DNA from: Octopus vulgaris
Taxonomy: Eukaryota
Length of the DNA: 64,000 nucleotides
Assembly (NCBI GenBank): GCA_951406725.2
Contig: OX597832.1
Coordinates: 40,796,001 to 40,860,000, forward strand
Direction of reading: 5' to 3'
Each line of letters begins with the position of its first letter. Positions within the stretch are counted from its first letter, which is position 1. The translations under genes and the position numbers were made by a program. Shown here piece after piece: positions 1-13,933 of this stretch. The notes beneath the pieces are model-generated. The model did no database searches and was not told where the DNA came from. It worked only from the letters and a program-made list of their open reading frames with translations.

Positions 1-927
1 TGGCAAATAGAATAAGCACTGAACTTTAAAAAATTAGTACTGGGGGTTGGTTTGTTTGGCCAAAGCCAAACAGTGCTCTAGCATGGCCACAGTTCAGTGA
101 CTGGAACAAGTGAAAGATGAAAGAGTTCTAGTAGGTCAGGCAGTCATGCAAAAGTAATGCACTGCGAACAATGCAGCGTGGTGGAACTAATGCCTCTCCC
201 TGTTATTGACAATGATTGACAAAGGCATCCATGAGAAAGTGCACCTGTGTTACACATTTGATTCCCCAGGACCTTATAACCAAAACATCTTGGCTCTGCT
301 TGTACTTAGCAGTAGAATAATGTATCTTTTAAAACTGGAATGAAAGCAGATATTCTGAGACAGAATGAACTTAGATGAACCAGCAGAGAGTATCTGGAAT
401 ATGACCTCACTTGATCACCTTGGGATATTTATTTAACCTGCTGGTTGTTCTCTTCCCCAGGCACATTGGCAGACCCATCATCTTAACCATATATTCCCCA
501 CCCAGTTTAGTCAGGATCTCTTCCACCCCTTTTCATTTCAAGTTTCTTCACTTCCCAAATAGGTTACTCTGATTTCATGAATTAAGAAAAAGCAAGCATA
601 TGTACGTGTGTGTGTGTGTGTGTGTGTGTGTGTCTAACACTATACACACACACTCATGCATGTGAAGAGCATATAAAACAACCCCCCACCCGAATATCCA
701 ATATCCATGAGAAAAGTAACAATAAATAAATAAATAAAAAGTTAAAATATCTCAAGTGTTTTGTTAAATTCAATAGTGTATACAGTTAAGAGTTGTGTTG
801 AAACACACATATTGCTTGCATAAAATATAATTTTGAGGACCCGTTTAGAGAAAAACAACTTTATATATGATATATGCATAACTTGCTTTTCATTTCCTTT
901 CACTACACTCATGTGTGTGTGTGTGTT

Positions 928-976
<49 letters not shown>

Positions 977-1215
977 TCTACACACACACACCCCTTTCCT
1001 TCCAGTCTTTCAAAATGTGACCTCATGTGTACCGTTGGCGATTTTTTTTTCCTCTGTCTTCCCTTCTCTGGATCTTTCCTTCTCCTATGTTTCCGATGAA
1101 GAGCTCCGCTCAAAACGTTAAACCCTCCTTCTTTCCTGAGCGTCCAATAATTCTATATTTGTTCCACGTCCTCGCGTTGTTGTGTTTTTTTGTGCTTTCT
1201 TGTTTGGATTAACTT

Positions 1216-1264
<49 letters not shown>

Positions 1265-1297
1265 TTATGTATATATGTATATATATATATATATAAT

Positions 1298-1688
1298 GTG
1301 GCTGTGTGGTAAAAGTTTACTTCCCAACCACATGGTTCCAGGTTCAGTGTCACTGTGTGGCATCTTAGGCAAGTGTCTTCTACTATAGCGTCGGGTGGAC
1401 CAAAGCCTTGTGAGTGGATTTAGTAACGAGAAACTGAAAGAAGCCTGCCATAGAAGATATGTATATATATTTTTTGTGTGTCTTTGTGTCTGTGTTTGTC
1501 TCCCACCACTTCTTGATAGCCGGTGTTGGTTTGTTTACATCTCCATTACTTAACAGTTCAGCAAAAAAAAAATCAATAAAATAAGTACCGGGCTTAAAAA
1601 AGAAAACAAGTACAGGAATCGATTCATTTGACTGAAATTCCTCAAAATGGTGCTCCAGCATGGCCGCAGTCTAATGACTGAAGCCAGT
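1298..1688 (+). mobile_element. SINE family A copy
   Basis: Homologous to 6851-7275. Confidence 0.8.
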
Positions 1689-2139
1689 ACGCGCACACAC
1701 ACACACACACACAAATATATACTTGTTTGCATGTACACATATACATACATATATCAAGATTGGAGCCTGGTGCAGCCATCTGGTTTGCCAGTCCTCAGTC
1801 AAATCGTCCAACCCTTGCTAGCATGGAAAACGGACGTTAAACGATGAGGATGATGATGATGATATAAATTAATGTCCTTGTTCTATACTGACTTGGGTTG
1901 GATGTTTTAACAGGATCTAATGCATCAAATGACTGAATCTTGCTCGGCTGTCTTCTTTAGCATAGTTTCTATGGCTGGAGACCTTTCCTAATGCCAACCA
2001 CTTTACAGAGTGTACTGGGTGTTTTTGCTTTGTGCCACAAGCAATAGTGAGGTTGCTCACGTGTAGAACAGGCTTCTTGCTGTAGAGGAGCTACATGGCT
2101 ATTCACATTTTAGAAGAACGGGTGAGTGTTGACTGGGGT

Positions 2140-2280
2140 GGAGTACTCGCTTCATTTCTTGCAAGCTTATGCATGTCCTCAACAGTCACGGCCCATGTTT
2201 CACTGCCATGTAGCATGGCTGTTTGCACACATGCGTCATACAGCCCACCTTTTACTCTGAGCGAGAGGCCCTTTGTCACC
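2140..2280 (-). mobile_element. RTE-type LINE fragment
   Basis: Minus strand encodes LYDACVQTAMLHGSETWAVTVEDMHKLARNEAS; same family as 15361-15960. Confidence 0.75.
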
Positions 2281-2699
2281 ATTTATGAGGACATACTCCT
2301 TTATTTGTCTGAATGTTGGGTCCTTTGCGTGCTTGGATAAAATATTTTAAAGTGAAAATGACTTCAAAAATATGGTAAATATTTCGTAAAAGACCCATTC
2401 GTAACCTTGGTGTGGAATAATTTTTTTCATAGGTTTTTTTTCAAGTGCATTCAATGTACCTCACCCCCAAAGATTTGGTTGCTATTTCTAGCACACCCTG
2501 CTACCATGTAACAGCTATTTGTGATAAAGGACCTGAAATACCTGTTATATGGTAGCAGGGTATGCAAGAAATAGCAGGAAAACCTTTCTTTTCCTGGGGA
2601 AAGGAGCCGTTTACATGTGATTTCGATGTCGCATTTGTTGAAAGTATGCGAAATAACCAGGAAAATAAAAATCCCTGAAACAAAACACTTTTGCTGAGA

Positions 2700-2743
2700 A
2701 ACTCAGACTTTCCCGGTGATCCAGTGGGTCACGAGTAGTCTAG
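2700..2743 (+). mobile_element. 3' terminus of a second Helitron-like element abutting the first
   Basis: Hairpin gtgatcc-agt-gggtcac followed after 7 nt by CTAG|T. Confidence 0.55.
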
Positions 2744-2765
2744 TATATATGAATATATGAATTGG

Positions 2766-4674
2766 TATATATATAATATAAACCCCATTCTGTCTCTGTG
2801 TGTGTAAAAGAGTATTACAGCCATATTTTTCAACTGATTTTCTCCAAACTGGGAAATACACTACTTATGTTCCAGGAATGGTTTTAGTCTCTTAAAATTT
2901 TTCATATAATGAGTAACGGGTCCCCTGGAGACAGAAAATACCCATTCCTGGGTTACGTGGATAAGGGAGGTAACGCTTTGCAAAATAACTTTTAGAAATT
3001 GATTGTCGTCTCCCTTATATCTATTGGTCATAAAAAAATAAAAAATATTGCTTTTTTGTATTAGATTCCTGTCTTTGGAAGTTTTTAAAAATATTTACTT
3101 CTGGTTTTCTAACATCAATGACATTTATACCTCTCTATCTAGATCTCTCTATCCATCTATCTGTCTATCTATCTATCTTATTTGTCTAACTAACTAGCTC
3201 TCTCCCCCTCTCTCTATATCTCACTCACTCTCTATTGTTTGTACTTTCATTTTCCAGATGCTATCGTTTTCACTGTAAGTTTTCAATTGCTATTTGCAAA
3301 CAACAAAACAACAAATTACTGATAGAAAGAAGTTCACAATTACTGATGAAAGTAATTTCATACATAATTTATTGACAGAAGTAACTTCATAAATTTCACT
3401 TCAATCCGTACACTTCATTAAATTTGCCTACAACTTTTTTAATTTACTTTTGCAATGTTTACTGTTTTTTGTTGTTGATGGAATTACTGATAAAAGTAAG
3501 TTCATGATTTGCTGACAGAAATAACTTCAAAAATTTCTCTTAAATCCGTACAGTTAGTTAATTTCCTTAAAACTTTCTTATTTACTTTTGTAACGGTTTC
3601 GTGTTTTTCTGTTTTTTATGGTTCCTTTGATACTGGCTCTTTGGTTCACCGACAAATTTTGCTTCAACCCGTACAATTCTTTATTTTCTGTAAAAATTTC
3701 TTGTTTACTTTCTGCCCATCATATTAAGAAATATAATTTCTATTACCCAGTTACCCAGTTATTTTAATCATGCCTAGAAGGGAAGTGTCAAATTTGTCTA
3801 CAATGTCATGGTCAGCCAAAAGAATGTCTGTCCAGGGAAAGAGAGATAGCTGCAAAAAGGGAAGCATACAAAGAAACGAACAGATTGTGCACTCCAAAAG
3901 CCAGAGCATCTCAAAGTGATGAACAGAGGTATGCATGGCTGACAAGGAATAGGATCTCCACTGCAGAACAAAGAGCAGTTGCAACAGCTCAGAGAAGCAA
4001 CTTCTATGAAGCAGCTTTCAATTATGATCCAGCAGTTCATTCTGCAGATGACACTAGAGTTTCCATTGGTGCAATGACAACTGAGTGCATACATTGTAAA
4101 GCAAGGAAGTGGCCTGGAGAGACACCTGCACTGGGCTGCAGTGGTGGAAAGGTTAAACTCCCTGCAATTCTCCAACCTCCAGAACCATTGGAAAAAGTGT
4201 TGTCATCAACTGACTAAGATTCCAAGCACTTCAAAAACAAATTAGACAATACAACACTGCACTAAAGATGACATCATTTGGAGCCACAAGAGATTTAACT
4301 GAGCCAGGATTCATGCAAACTTTCAAGATCCAAGGTCAGATTTATCATTGGATTGGCTCTCTACTATCTGCGTCAAATGAATTACCAAAATCGACCTTTC
4401 ATTGTTTATTATCTGCACCTGTTTTTTTGGTTACGAAATAAGCTACACAAAATGTGTTTTTGAATTACGTGTGTTTACTTTATATACATATATGAGTTGG
4501 AAACTTACTTTTAATATTTCACTTAACGTCTATGTTCCATGCTGGCATGGGTTGGAGAGTTATTAATGTAGAAAGTTGGTATCTCAGCTACCAGCAGTTG
4601 AGACCTGTGTAATCTAGACAGCATTTAAAATGTTTTTATTCTCATTAACCCAGGCAACCGGGTATTTCTGCTAG
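2766..4674 (+). mobile_element. Internally deleted Helitron with RepHel N-terminal remnant (about 3885-4390)
   Basis: IGAMTTECIHCKARKWPGETPALGCSGGKVKLP, then disrupted RQYN..MTSFGA and FKIQGQIYHWIGSLL, typical of Helitron RepHel N-termini; 3' hairpin acccaggcaaccgggt then CTAG|T at 4671-4675; 5' boundary approximate. Confidence 0.85.
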
Positions 4675-4935
4675 TAAATATACATATATATAAATACATA
4701 TATCAATTTAAATAAATGACCAAAAGAGCTACTAATAGTATCATGCTATTATGATGCTTGAACAGGCATATTTATAAAATATACTGTGTATCTTAAAGCA
4801 ATCTTTCATGCCGTTTAAATATCATATTGGCATGAAATTATTAGTAGCTCTTTCAGTTGTGTATTTAAATTGATATTTATCTCTCACTGAATGGACTACT
4901 ATTTTTGATAATTCTACCTCTGTTGGATCTTGAAA

Positions 4936-4975
<40 letters not shown>

Positions 4976-5329
4976 TTGCTATTATGTTAAACTGTCATAT
5001 GTCCAAATTTGACCAAATGTGTTGTTTTCAATATTTATTTCTGCTTGCGATAGCCAGTTCTTTTGGTCAAACTATCGTATGTCCAGCTGCTTCATATGCC
5101 AAGATATCAAAAATTGTCAAAATGTAGTACAACAGTTTTGCTATGGTATAGTGAGACTATTTTTTCACTTTTTGGAAAAAGCAACATTTGGGACTTATGA
5201 CGCTTTTGTATAATAACAACGATATATATATATATATATATAAATATAAACACACACACACAAGGTGCATCCAAAAGTGCCCTTGTGATGTTGTGCATTG
5301 AGAGTGGCTGGACATGTAGGCATTGAAGA

Positions 5330-5640
5330 ATTGGCAACTTCTCCATGGCAGTGCACCTGCTCATTCCACCCACAAGCTTTCCTGGTCAAGAACATCACAC
5401 CACTTGTTTGACAGGCTCCCTGCTTTTCTGACTTGTCAGTGTGTGACCTCTGGCTCTTAGCCCAAACTAAAAAAAACCCTGCTGAAAGGAAAGTGACTAG
5501 AGTCGTGAGAGGAAATTATTAGAAAAGCGATAGTGGAGCTTCATATCATTCCATAGAAGGTGTTCCAGAAGTATTACCAGCCATGGCAGACCCACTGGGA
5601 GAAATGTGTCAACTCCCACGGGAAGTATTTTCAAGGTCAT
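5330..5640 (+). mobile_element. Mariner (Tc1/mariner) transposase C-terminal remnant
   Basis: WQLLHGSAPAHS (HDNAPAH-like), APCFSDLSVCDLW (PYSPDLAPCDFW-like), WEKCVNSHGKYFQG; contains stops and frameshifts. Confidence 0.8.
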
Positions 5641-6419
5641 CATTGTTTAACATCCGTTTTCCATGCTAGCATGGGTTGGACAGTGCAACTGGGGTCTGGG
5701 AAGCCAGGAGGCTGCACCAAGCTCCAGTCTGCTCTGGCAGTGTTTCTACAGCTGGATGCCCTTCCTAACGCCAACCACTCCATGAGTGTAGTGGATGCTT
5801 TTTACGTGCCACCGGCATGGAAGCCAGTCAAGGTGGCACTGGCATCGGCCACATACGGGGATGGTGCTTTTTATGTGCAACCGGCACAGGTGCCAGGGTA
5901 GGCTGGCAATGGCCAAGAAAATTTGTGAAATGTACAAAATTGCTTTTTTTATGCCCAAAGGCCAGATACTTTTCGAAAGCACCTCCTATATACAGGAATT
6001 CCTTATGTCATGTGAGTAATGCATCCCTGAAAAACTCGTAATGCAAAATTAATTTTCTTCCATTGTTATAAAATGATAATGCATTCCAGTGGATACTTTC
6101 GCAAAAACAAAAAAAATGAATAAACAGCAAAAAAGTCCCACAAAAGAACAAGCAACCCGACCGTTTTTAATGCATGAAAATAGCAATTTCTAAATATACT
6201 CAGTATAATATGAATACATAAAAACATTTTGAAGTGAAATACATTGGAGAATAAGAATTGTAATATCGTACCACAAAAAATGTTGACGTATCTGATGGGT
6301 GGTGATGGAATGGAAATTAGTGGCAGGATGAGGGACATTATCTTTCATCATCATCACCATCATCTGCTTGATGGGCAAACTTATCCAAAATTATTTGATG
6401 TTTATGGCACATCATTTCT

Positions 6420-6830
6420 TTATACAACTCTTCTATGTATAAAGTATAGTAATTTTTATGCTATGTCTATGATTAGGGTTGTTACTAGCAAAAACTTGCA
6501 GACCTTTCTCTCTATAAGTGCTAATCCTTTACCTACATTCTTTGCAGTTAACTTAAAATGTAGTTTGTTGGAATTTCCATATTCTCATTTGTATTCTCAG
6601 CTTGTTTATGTTCTACTAGCTTCAGTTCCTCGTTAAATAAACTTTCTCTATGGGACACTAGCATCTCAGCCAAATTGTGTTCTACGACTTCTTCAAACCC
6701 TACAGTATTCGTGAGTGTTACAATATCTTTCAGAATTTGATATAGACTTTCTACTTGTGGAAAACTTTTGAAATCATGGAAGCAGTCTGGCCAAATATTT
6801 TTTTTGTTTTCGATTCATAGAGCCAAAAGC
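6420..6830 (-). mobile_element. Tigger/pogo-like transposase C-terminal remnant
   Basis: Minus strand reads IWPDCFHDFKSF...IVTLTNTVGFEEVVEHNLAEMLVSHRESLFNEEL, resembling TIGD/Tigger C-termini. Confidence 0.7.
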
Positions 6831-6850
6831 CATCTCATTTTAAGCAACAC

Positions 6851-7009
6851 ACAGGAGTGGCTGTGTGGTAAGTAGCTTGCTAACCAACCACATGGTTCCG
6901 GGTTCAGTCCCACTGTGTGGCATCTTGGGCAAGTGTCTTCTGCTAGAGCCCCGGGCCGACCAATGCTTTGTGAGTGGATTTGGTAGACAGAAACTGAAAG
7001 AAGCCTGTC

Positions 7010-7062
<53 letters not shown>

Positions 7063-7275
7063 GGTGTGGGTTTGTGTGTCTGTGTTTGTCCCCCCAACAT
7101 CACTTGACAACCGATGCTGGAGTGTATACATCCCTGTAACTTAGCAGTTCGGCAAAAGAGACCGATAGAATAAGTACTGAGCTTACAAAGAATAAGTCCC
7201 GGGGTCAATTTGATCGACTAAAGGCGGTGCTCCAGCATGGCGCAGTCAAATGACTGAAACAAGTAAAAGAGTAAA
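6851..7275 (+). mobile_element. tRNA-derived SINE family A (about 420 bp, internal TA/TG tract)
   Basis: Head tggctgtgtgg...ggttcagtccc, then ttgggcaagt; multiple near-identical copies in the window. Confidence 0.88.
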
Positions 7276-7656
7276 AGTCATATTACTCTGTCAAATGTAA
7301 TTGTTTTTTTATTCACATTGTTTTGGATTAATCATGGATTATCTTGTAGCTCCAAGATGTCAATGATGCGTTTGTATATTTTTAGAATGACATTGTAGGG
7401 TAGGTGTGAGGGGTTTAATGTGGTTAGTTGCAACATAAAACGGGAAGAATATTTAAGCCAGATATGACCGGATTAAATACTAATGGGATAATCATGCATT
7501 ATCTTGTAGCTTTGAGATTTCAGCTTTGAGATTTGTAGCTTTGAGATTATGTTTTGAATGACATTGTTAGGTAGATGTGAGAGGCTAGATCCGGATAATT
7601 TGAACGTTAAAGAAGTTGAAAATTTTAGGCCATATCCCAAAATTTAAATGCTAAAG

Positions 7657-7887
7657 TAAGGTCCAATAGATCTTAAATGAAAAAAATAAGGGTCAAATAG
7701 ATCTTAAATGAAAAAATAAGGTCCAATAGATTTTAAATGAAAAAATAAGGTCCGGTAGATCTTAAATGAAAAAAAACAAGGTCCAGTAGATCTTAAATGA
7801 AAAAAAACAAGGTCCAGTAGATCTTAAATGAAAAAATAAGGTCCAGTAGATCTTAAATGAAAAAATAAGGTCCAATAGATCTTAAAT
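7657..7887. repeat. Minisatellite, about 30-bp unit x 8
   Basis: (aaggtcca[a/g]tagatcttaaatgaaaaaa[t/c])n. Confidence 0.95.
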
Positions 7888-8467
7888 CTGTGAAGAAATC
7901 CAATCTGAGCATTTTGACAGAACTTGTTGAGCAATTGGTTTAATTTTCTCTTACTTAGAGACATACCAAAACATATATACACAAATAAAATATATTTAGT
8001 GATTACTACCATGCCCTCCTTTTTATGTCCTTATGATCAGTAAGCACACACACACACACATGCCTGCACACACACACACACACATGCCTGCACACACACA
8101 GATGCATACACAAACATACATACAATGGTGTGTATTTGTTGAGAACCTGCTCTAGCAAGAAAAATGTTATGCTAGAGAAACAGAATAGCTGTTGCCCTAT
8201 ATGTCTGCTTGACAGAAACTGGGTGGAGCCGGCAGGTTGTGTACATTTTTGGAATGCACACACACACACTCACACACACATACATACATGCATGCCCCCA
8301 CTCTTCCTCTCTCACACACACACACATGCACATCTGCATGGTTATATATGCATAAATACTTGAGCATTCACATTCTTATGTGTCTTTTTGCCTACATGTG
8401 TATATATATACATTTACCCATCCACAACCAATGCCTCTCTCTCTCTCTCTACACACTCACACAAGCA

Positions 8468-8630
8468 AGTGGCTGTGTGGTAAGTAGCTTGCTTACCAAC
8501 CACATGGTTCCGGGTTCAGTCCCACTGCGTGGCATCTTGGGCAAGTGTCTTCTGCTATAGCCTCGGGCCGACCAATGCCTTGTGAGTGGATTTGGTAGAC
8601 GGAAACTGAAAGAAGCCTGTCGTATATATG

Positions 8631-8663
<33 letters not shown>

Positions 8664-8875
8664 TTGTGTGTCTGTGTTTGTCCCCCTAGCATTGCTTGAC
8701 AACCGATGCTGGTGTGTTTACGTCCCCGTCACTTAGCGGTTCGGCAAAAAGAGCCCGATAGAATAAGTACTGGGCTTACAAAGAATAAGTCCCCGGGGTC
8801 GATTTGCTCGACTAAAGGTGGTGCTCCAGCATGGCCGCAGTCAAATGACTGAAACAAGTGAAAGATTAAAAGAGA
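8468..8875 (+). mobile_element. SINE family A copy
   Basis: Homologous to 6851-7275. Confidence 0.88.
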
Positions 8876-9789
8876 GTTCACATCTGTACAAGCATCTTCC
8901 CTGAAGCAATTAATGCACGTATATTTACTCATGCATATATGCATGTGCACAGACATACATGCACGCAGCTACTTGTATGCACCTAAAAGACACAGAAATT
9001 CTCTCACATTCATTTATAGAAACATGCATCATCATCATCATCATCATCAACAGCCAGTCATACACACATGTATATACAACCGCACAAACTGATACATGCA
9101 CATACACACACACAGATGTGTGCATACACATATACGCACACACACACACACACACAACGCTGTGCAATCCATGTATGCAAATTAGTTGTGTTTTTACTGG
9201 GTCAAATCATTTGTGACCCACATCAATGACTGCATACCTTAAGAGGTGTAGTAGTATTAGGAGCGGTATAGGTGGTGAGGTACCTGGAACTGTGACCACC
9301 ACCACCACCATCGTCATCGTATCTCCCACCACTCAACAACGATAAAAACAGCCACGTTTTTACAGCGGTGGTGGTCGTGGTGTTGGTGGTTGTTGGAAGG
9401 TGACAGGCTTTGTTATTGATCTGTTTGGTGTATCTGTTGAGAGACAAGAACAAACAGGTGATGGATGGTAGAGGTGGTGGTGGTGGTGGTAGTGGCGGTG
9501 GTGGCGGCGGCGGTGGTGGTGGCGGCGGCGGCAGTGGTGGTGGTGGCGGCGGCGGTGGTGGCGGCAAGCGAAGCCTTGTGACTGTAGTGCTGAGACTGGT
9601 GGTTCTATGAAGAAAGTTCTCTAATGGTGAGGCTCTCCAAAGTAGCATATTCACCGTCTCTTGCTATTCTTCACAGACAGACCTGCACAGTAGTCACAGC
9701 CAATAAATCAATAGGACAAGATCTAGTCAAGTTTTTATAGATTTTTTTTATTCCTTTTATTTTTTTATTTTTTTAAAATTTGCACTGCC

Positions 9790-9820
<31 letters not shown>

Positions 9821-10709
9821 CACTACTACTATTGCTATTATCGCTGCTATTACAATCCATCATCATCATTGCCAACATCACCTTTCTCATTGTCATATCA
9901 TCACTTTTGCTATATCAGCAGTAATATCATTGCCAACACCATAACCATATTTTTCCACTCTTTTGAGTTCTTTCTTTTGCTGCCTCTGTTGCTCTCCAAA
10001 CTATTCCAACCATTAGCAGATAGCCAAGTACTTCTCATCTTATATTGATATCTGTGTCTGTCTGTCTGTCTCTGTTTGACTCTCTCTCTCTCTCTCTTTC
10101 TTTCAAGCCATCATAATTCTTGGTGATTTCATTGCATGTGACTCATTTTGTGTCTTTCACTCATTCTACACCTCCACTGGAGGTACAGAACCTGTGTTAT
10201 TTACCATTGTAACCTACCTGCATTAGTTAGTATCTTCAGCCCCTCACCAATACACCAACACTTCAAGACATTCTTCACCATCAAACCCAGCATTTGCTTA
10301 GTCACTTAATTTTCTGCTTTCAACAGCTCATCTGACCACTGCCTACTTAATGGAGCTAAACTTAAACTTTCTTATTGAACCCTTTGGTAGTTTGCTGACC
10401 GATAGCTCATTTTAGTCCTGTGTTTCCCCTCTGACATGTTTGTGACAGCTGTTTCGTGATTGATACCATCTACCTTTGCATGTCTCTCCACATTTCTCGC
10501 CTGTCCAAAGACCCAAACTGGCTCATTTACAGCTGAAGAATGCTGCATACAATACCTGCCAGGTATTTACCTCTCTCAATAATACCTGAAGAACAACTGA
10601 CCAGAAATTAAAAGATTTCTTTGCACAGCTTATGGTCTGCAAGCTCTCTCAACTTCTGGCAGCTTGTCTTTAAACTCTTTCACCTCTCCCGTTGTATTTG
10701 AGCTTCTGG

Positions 10710-11040
10710 TTGGACATGTTTACAAAGTCAGAAAACAGCACAGCTCCCATGACTTTCAGAAACATTTTTTCACGCTAAGAGTTGCTGAAGCATGGAACAG
10801 ACTGCCGGCATCAGTTGTTAGTTGTCGGAGCACTGCATCCTTCAAAACTTCCATGCTTCCTGAGATTCGCCAACACTACACCTGATTTTCTCTCCTCCAT
10901 ACGCACGCAAGCATGTATCTGACTCATACACTGTTCACTTTCTAGACATTTGTACATTACTGCATATGCTTTATACGCACTTTGTGACAAGTTGTGGTGC
11001 ACCTGAGCACTTATACAATAATTTCATTATTATTATTATT
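10710..11040 (+). mobile_element. 3' end of a CR1/L2-group LINE
   Basis: GHVYKV...HFFTLRVAEAWNRLPASVV...SFK C-terminal motif, short 3' UTR, (ATT)n tail. Confidence 0.8.
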
Positions 11041-12036
11041 TTTTTAAATCTACAAACTCTTTCAACTCAATAACCAAAGCCTTTTTATGTATTTGTGAGA
11101 CATTAAACAGTTGTTGGCTTTTAGGTAACCTTTTGGGTTATCATTATCATTTTTCCCATCCTTGCATGGCTCAGATTGATTTTACTGAGGCAGATTTTGT
11201 ATGGCTGGCTGCCGTTCCTGTCACCAAACCTCATCAGTTTCTAAGCAAGGTAATATTTCCCTATGACTGGACATATTTTCACAGAATATTGGAAATGAAC
11301 GACACTGCTTTTAGGACAGTGACACTCATTTACAACTAATATGCAATATCAAGACAGGGAAACACACATACACACAATCACACACACAAAGGGCTTCTTT
11401 CAGTTTCCATTTATCAAATCTATACACAAAGCTTTGATCGACCTGGGGCTATATACACAAGGTGCCATGTAGTGGGACTGAACCGGAAACCATGTAGTTG
11501 GGAAGTGAACTTCTTAACCATGTAGCATTATCAATGATAAGGCAGTGAGTTGGCAGAATAAGGCAAAATGTTTAGCGACATTTTGTTCAAATTCCATCAA
11601 AGTTGACTTTGCCTTTCATCCTTTATCATCATCATCATCATTATTGCCAGAATCAATAAAATAAGAACCAGTTGGGCATTGGGGTTGATTTGATTGACTT
11701 GGGCCCCTTCCCTCAAAACTGCTGGCCTTGTGCCAAAATTTGAAACCAATGATTGAAAAAGTCTGAATAAAATCAGATTGGGGTCTGGTTTAAAGGAAGT
11801 GGCGCTGTCCTACAATTTGACTGGCGCTGCTCTAAAGGAAACGGTATAATTCTAAATTTCTCTTACTTTATTTACTGTTGCAAAAAAATTACAGTTTGAC
11901 GTCACTTTAGAATTTACTTTAATTTTATGAAAAAGTAGCAGAATTTATTGAAAGAAAATGTTAATTTTTGACTTGTGGTTATCGTTTTGTTTTGACTATT
12001 TTTCCATTTGCTGACATAAGTTTTCTTCCCTTGCAG

Positions 12037-12141
12037 GTTATTACTCCTTCTCGTAATTTAATATTATGTGCGGAAAGCAGGAAAGAAATGGAAGACTGGA
12101 TTATGGCAATCAAAACTGCAAGCAGTAAGGAATATTATGAC
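12037..12141 (+). CDS. DGKH: Type II diacylglycerol kinase (delta/eta-like) exon, C-terminal part of PH domain
   Basis: ttgcag|...|gtaaga; [35 protein letters not shown] resembles DGKH/DGKD PH end ([21 protein letters not shown], recalled); phase 0-0. Upstream exons were not found in the window. Confidence 0.92.
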
Positions 12142-13410
12142 GTAAGAACGGTTTAGATTGATTCCATTGAAAATGTAGTGATTTTTGTATATGCTTACTT
12201 TATTTATTTTTATTTTGCAATATGGAATTTCTTATTGATAAAGCACAGGTAAGGTTGTGTAAGATATTTGCCTTGCAACCATGTGATTTTTGGCCCAGTC
12301 CCACTTCATAGTACCTTGGGCAAGTGTCTTCTATTATTACCTTGTGATTGGTAGATGATAACTACATGGAAGCCCTTTGTGTGTGCGTGTGTGTAGGTGC
12401 CATACCAATTTCTTTACTACCCACAAGGGGCTACACACAGAGGGGACAAACAAGGACAGACAAAGGTATTAAGTCGATTATATCGACCCCAGTACGTAAC
12501 TGGTACTTAATTTATTGACCTTGAAAGGATGAAAGGGAAAGTCGACCTCGGCGGAATTTGAACTCAGAACGTAACGGCAAACGAAATACGGCTACGCATT
12601 TCGCCTGGCATGCTAACGTTTCTGCCAGCTCACCGCCATACCGTGGGACTGAACCCAGAACCATGAGGTTGGGAAGCAAGCTACTTACCACAATATGTAT
12701 GTATGGTATGGGATGTTTGATGTTCGTTTGCCATATATATATATATATATATATATACACAGTAAGTGATATGTGCTTACATAGTGGCAGTCAGTGAGTA
12801 CACTAACGCAGAAAAAATGCGTTTATATTATGGTATGTCTGTGTGTCGTGGGTGAATATATTGGCTGTGTGTGTCTACACATTGGCAGTGTTTTGTGTAT
12901 AATTTGGATGTGCTTGTGTATACACATGCACTGCCAAATTGGACACAAAATGCCAAATTGGACACAAGAACAGAGGGGAATGGACTGAATGCTGTGGCCA
13001 AGACGGTACCAGATGGCCTGGCCAATCCAGGTGATGTGTATACACTGGCTCTGTGTTTGTGTATGTACAGTGTCAGTGTAAGGACAATATGTGTGTGTGT
13101 GTGTATATAGTGGTGGTGTGTTCACACAGTGGTTGTGCCTGTAGTCTCTGTGTGTCTATGTGAGTACACAGTAGCTAAGTGTGTGTGTGCGTGTATGACT
13201 GTGTAGCATGTACTTAGTGTTTGCATAACAGTGCAATAAGAATTCATTCTCTTATTCACAGACATAGATAGACATTCATATATACATACAGGCACACTTA
13301 CCTGCAGAAAAAAAACTTCGACTCAACTAACTCATAATTATGTATGAAACTTACACAACATGCACTGATATTTCAAGGAGTATTACCTGCATATCTTCAG
13401 GCTCACCTCA

Positions 13411-13586
13411 TATATATATGTGTGTGTGTGTATATGTGTATATGTATATATGTATGTGTATATATATGTATATATGTATGTGTATATATATGTGTGTGTG
13501 TGTATATATATATATATGTGTGTGTGTGTGTATATATGTATGTGTATATATATGTATATATGTATGTGTATATATATGTGTGTGTG

Positions 13587-13681
<95 letters not shown>

Positions 13682-13692
13682 GTGTGTGTGTG

Positions 13693-13785
<93 letters not shown>

Positions 13786-13798
13786 GTGTGTGTGTGTG

Positions 13799-13861
<63 letters not shown>

Positions 13862-13933
13862 GTGTGTGTGTGTATATATATATATATGTGTGTGTGTATA
13901 TATATATATGTGTGTGTGTGTATATATATATAT
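13411..13933. repeat. Compound (TA)n/(TG)n microsatellite
   Basis: Directly visible; source of spurious long ORFs. Confidence 0.98.

Noticed and set aside
7657-7887. 30-bp direct repeats superficially like a CRISPR array
   Set aside because: No unique spacers, no cas genes, eukaryotic context; it is a minisatellite
9410-9610. Plus-strand poly-Gly ORF as the DGK N-terminus
   Set aside because: No PH-domain sequence or convincing donor linking it to exon 12037; the missing PH exons are probably upstream of the window
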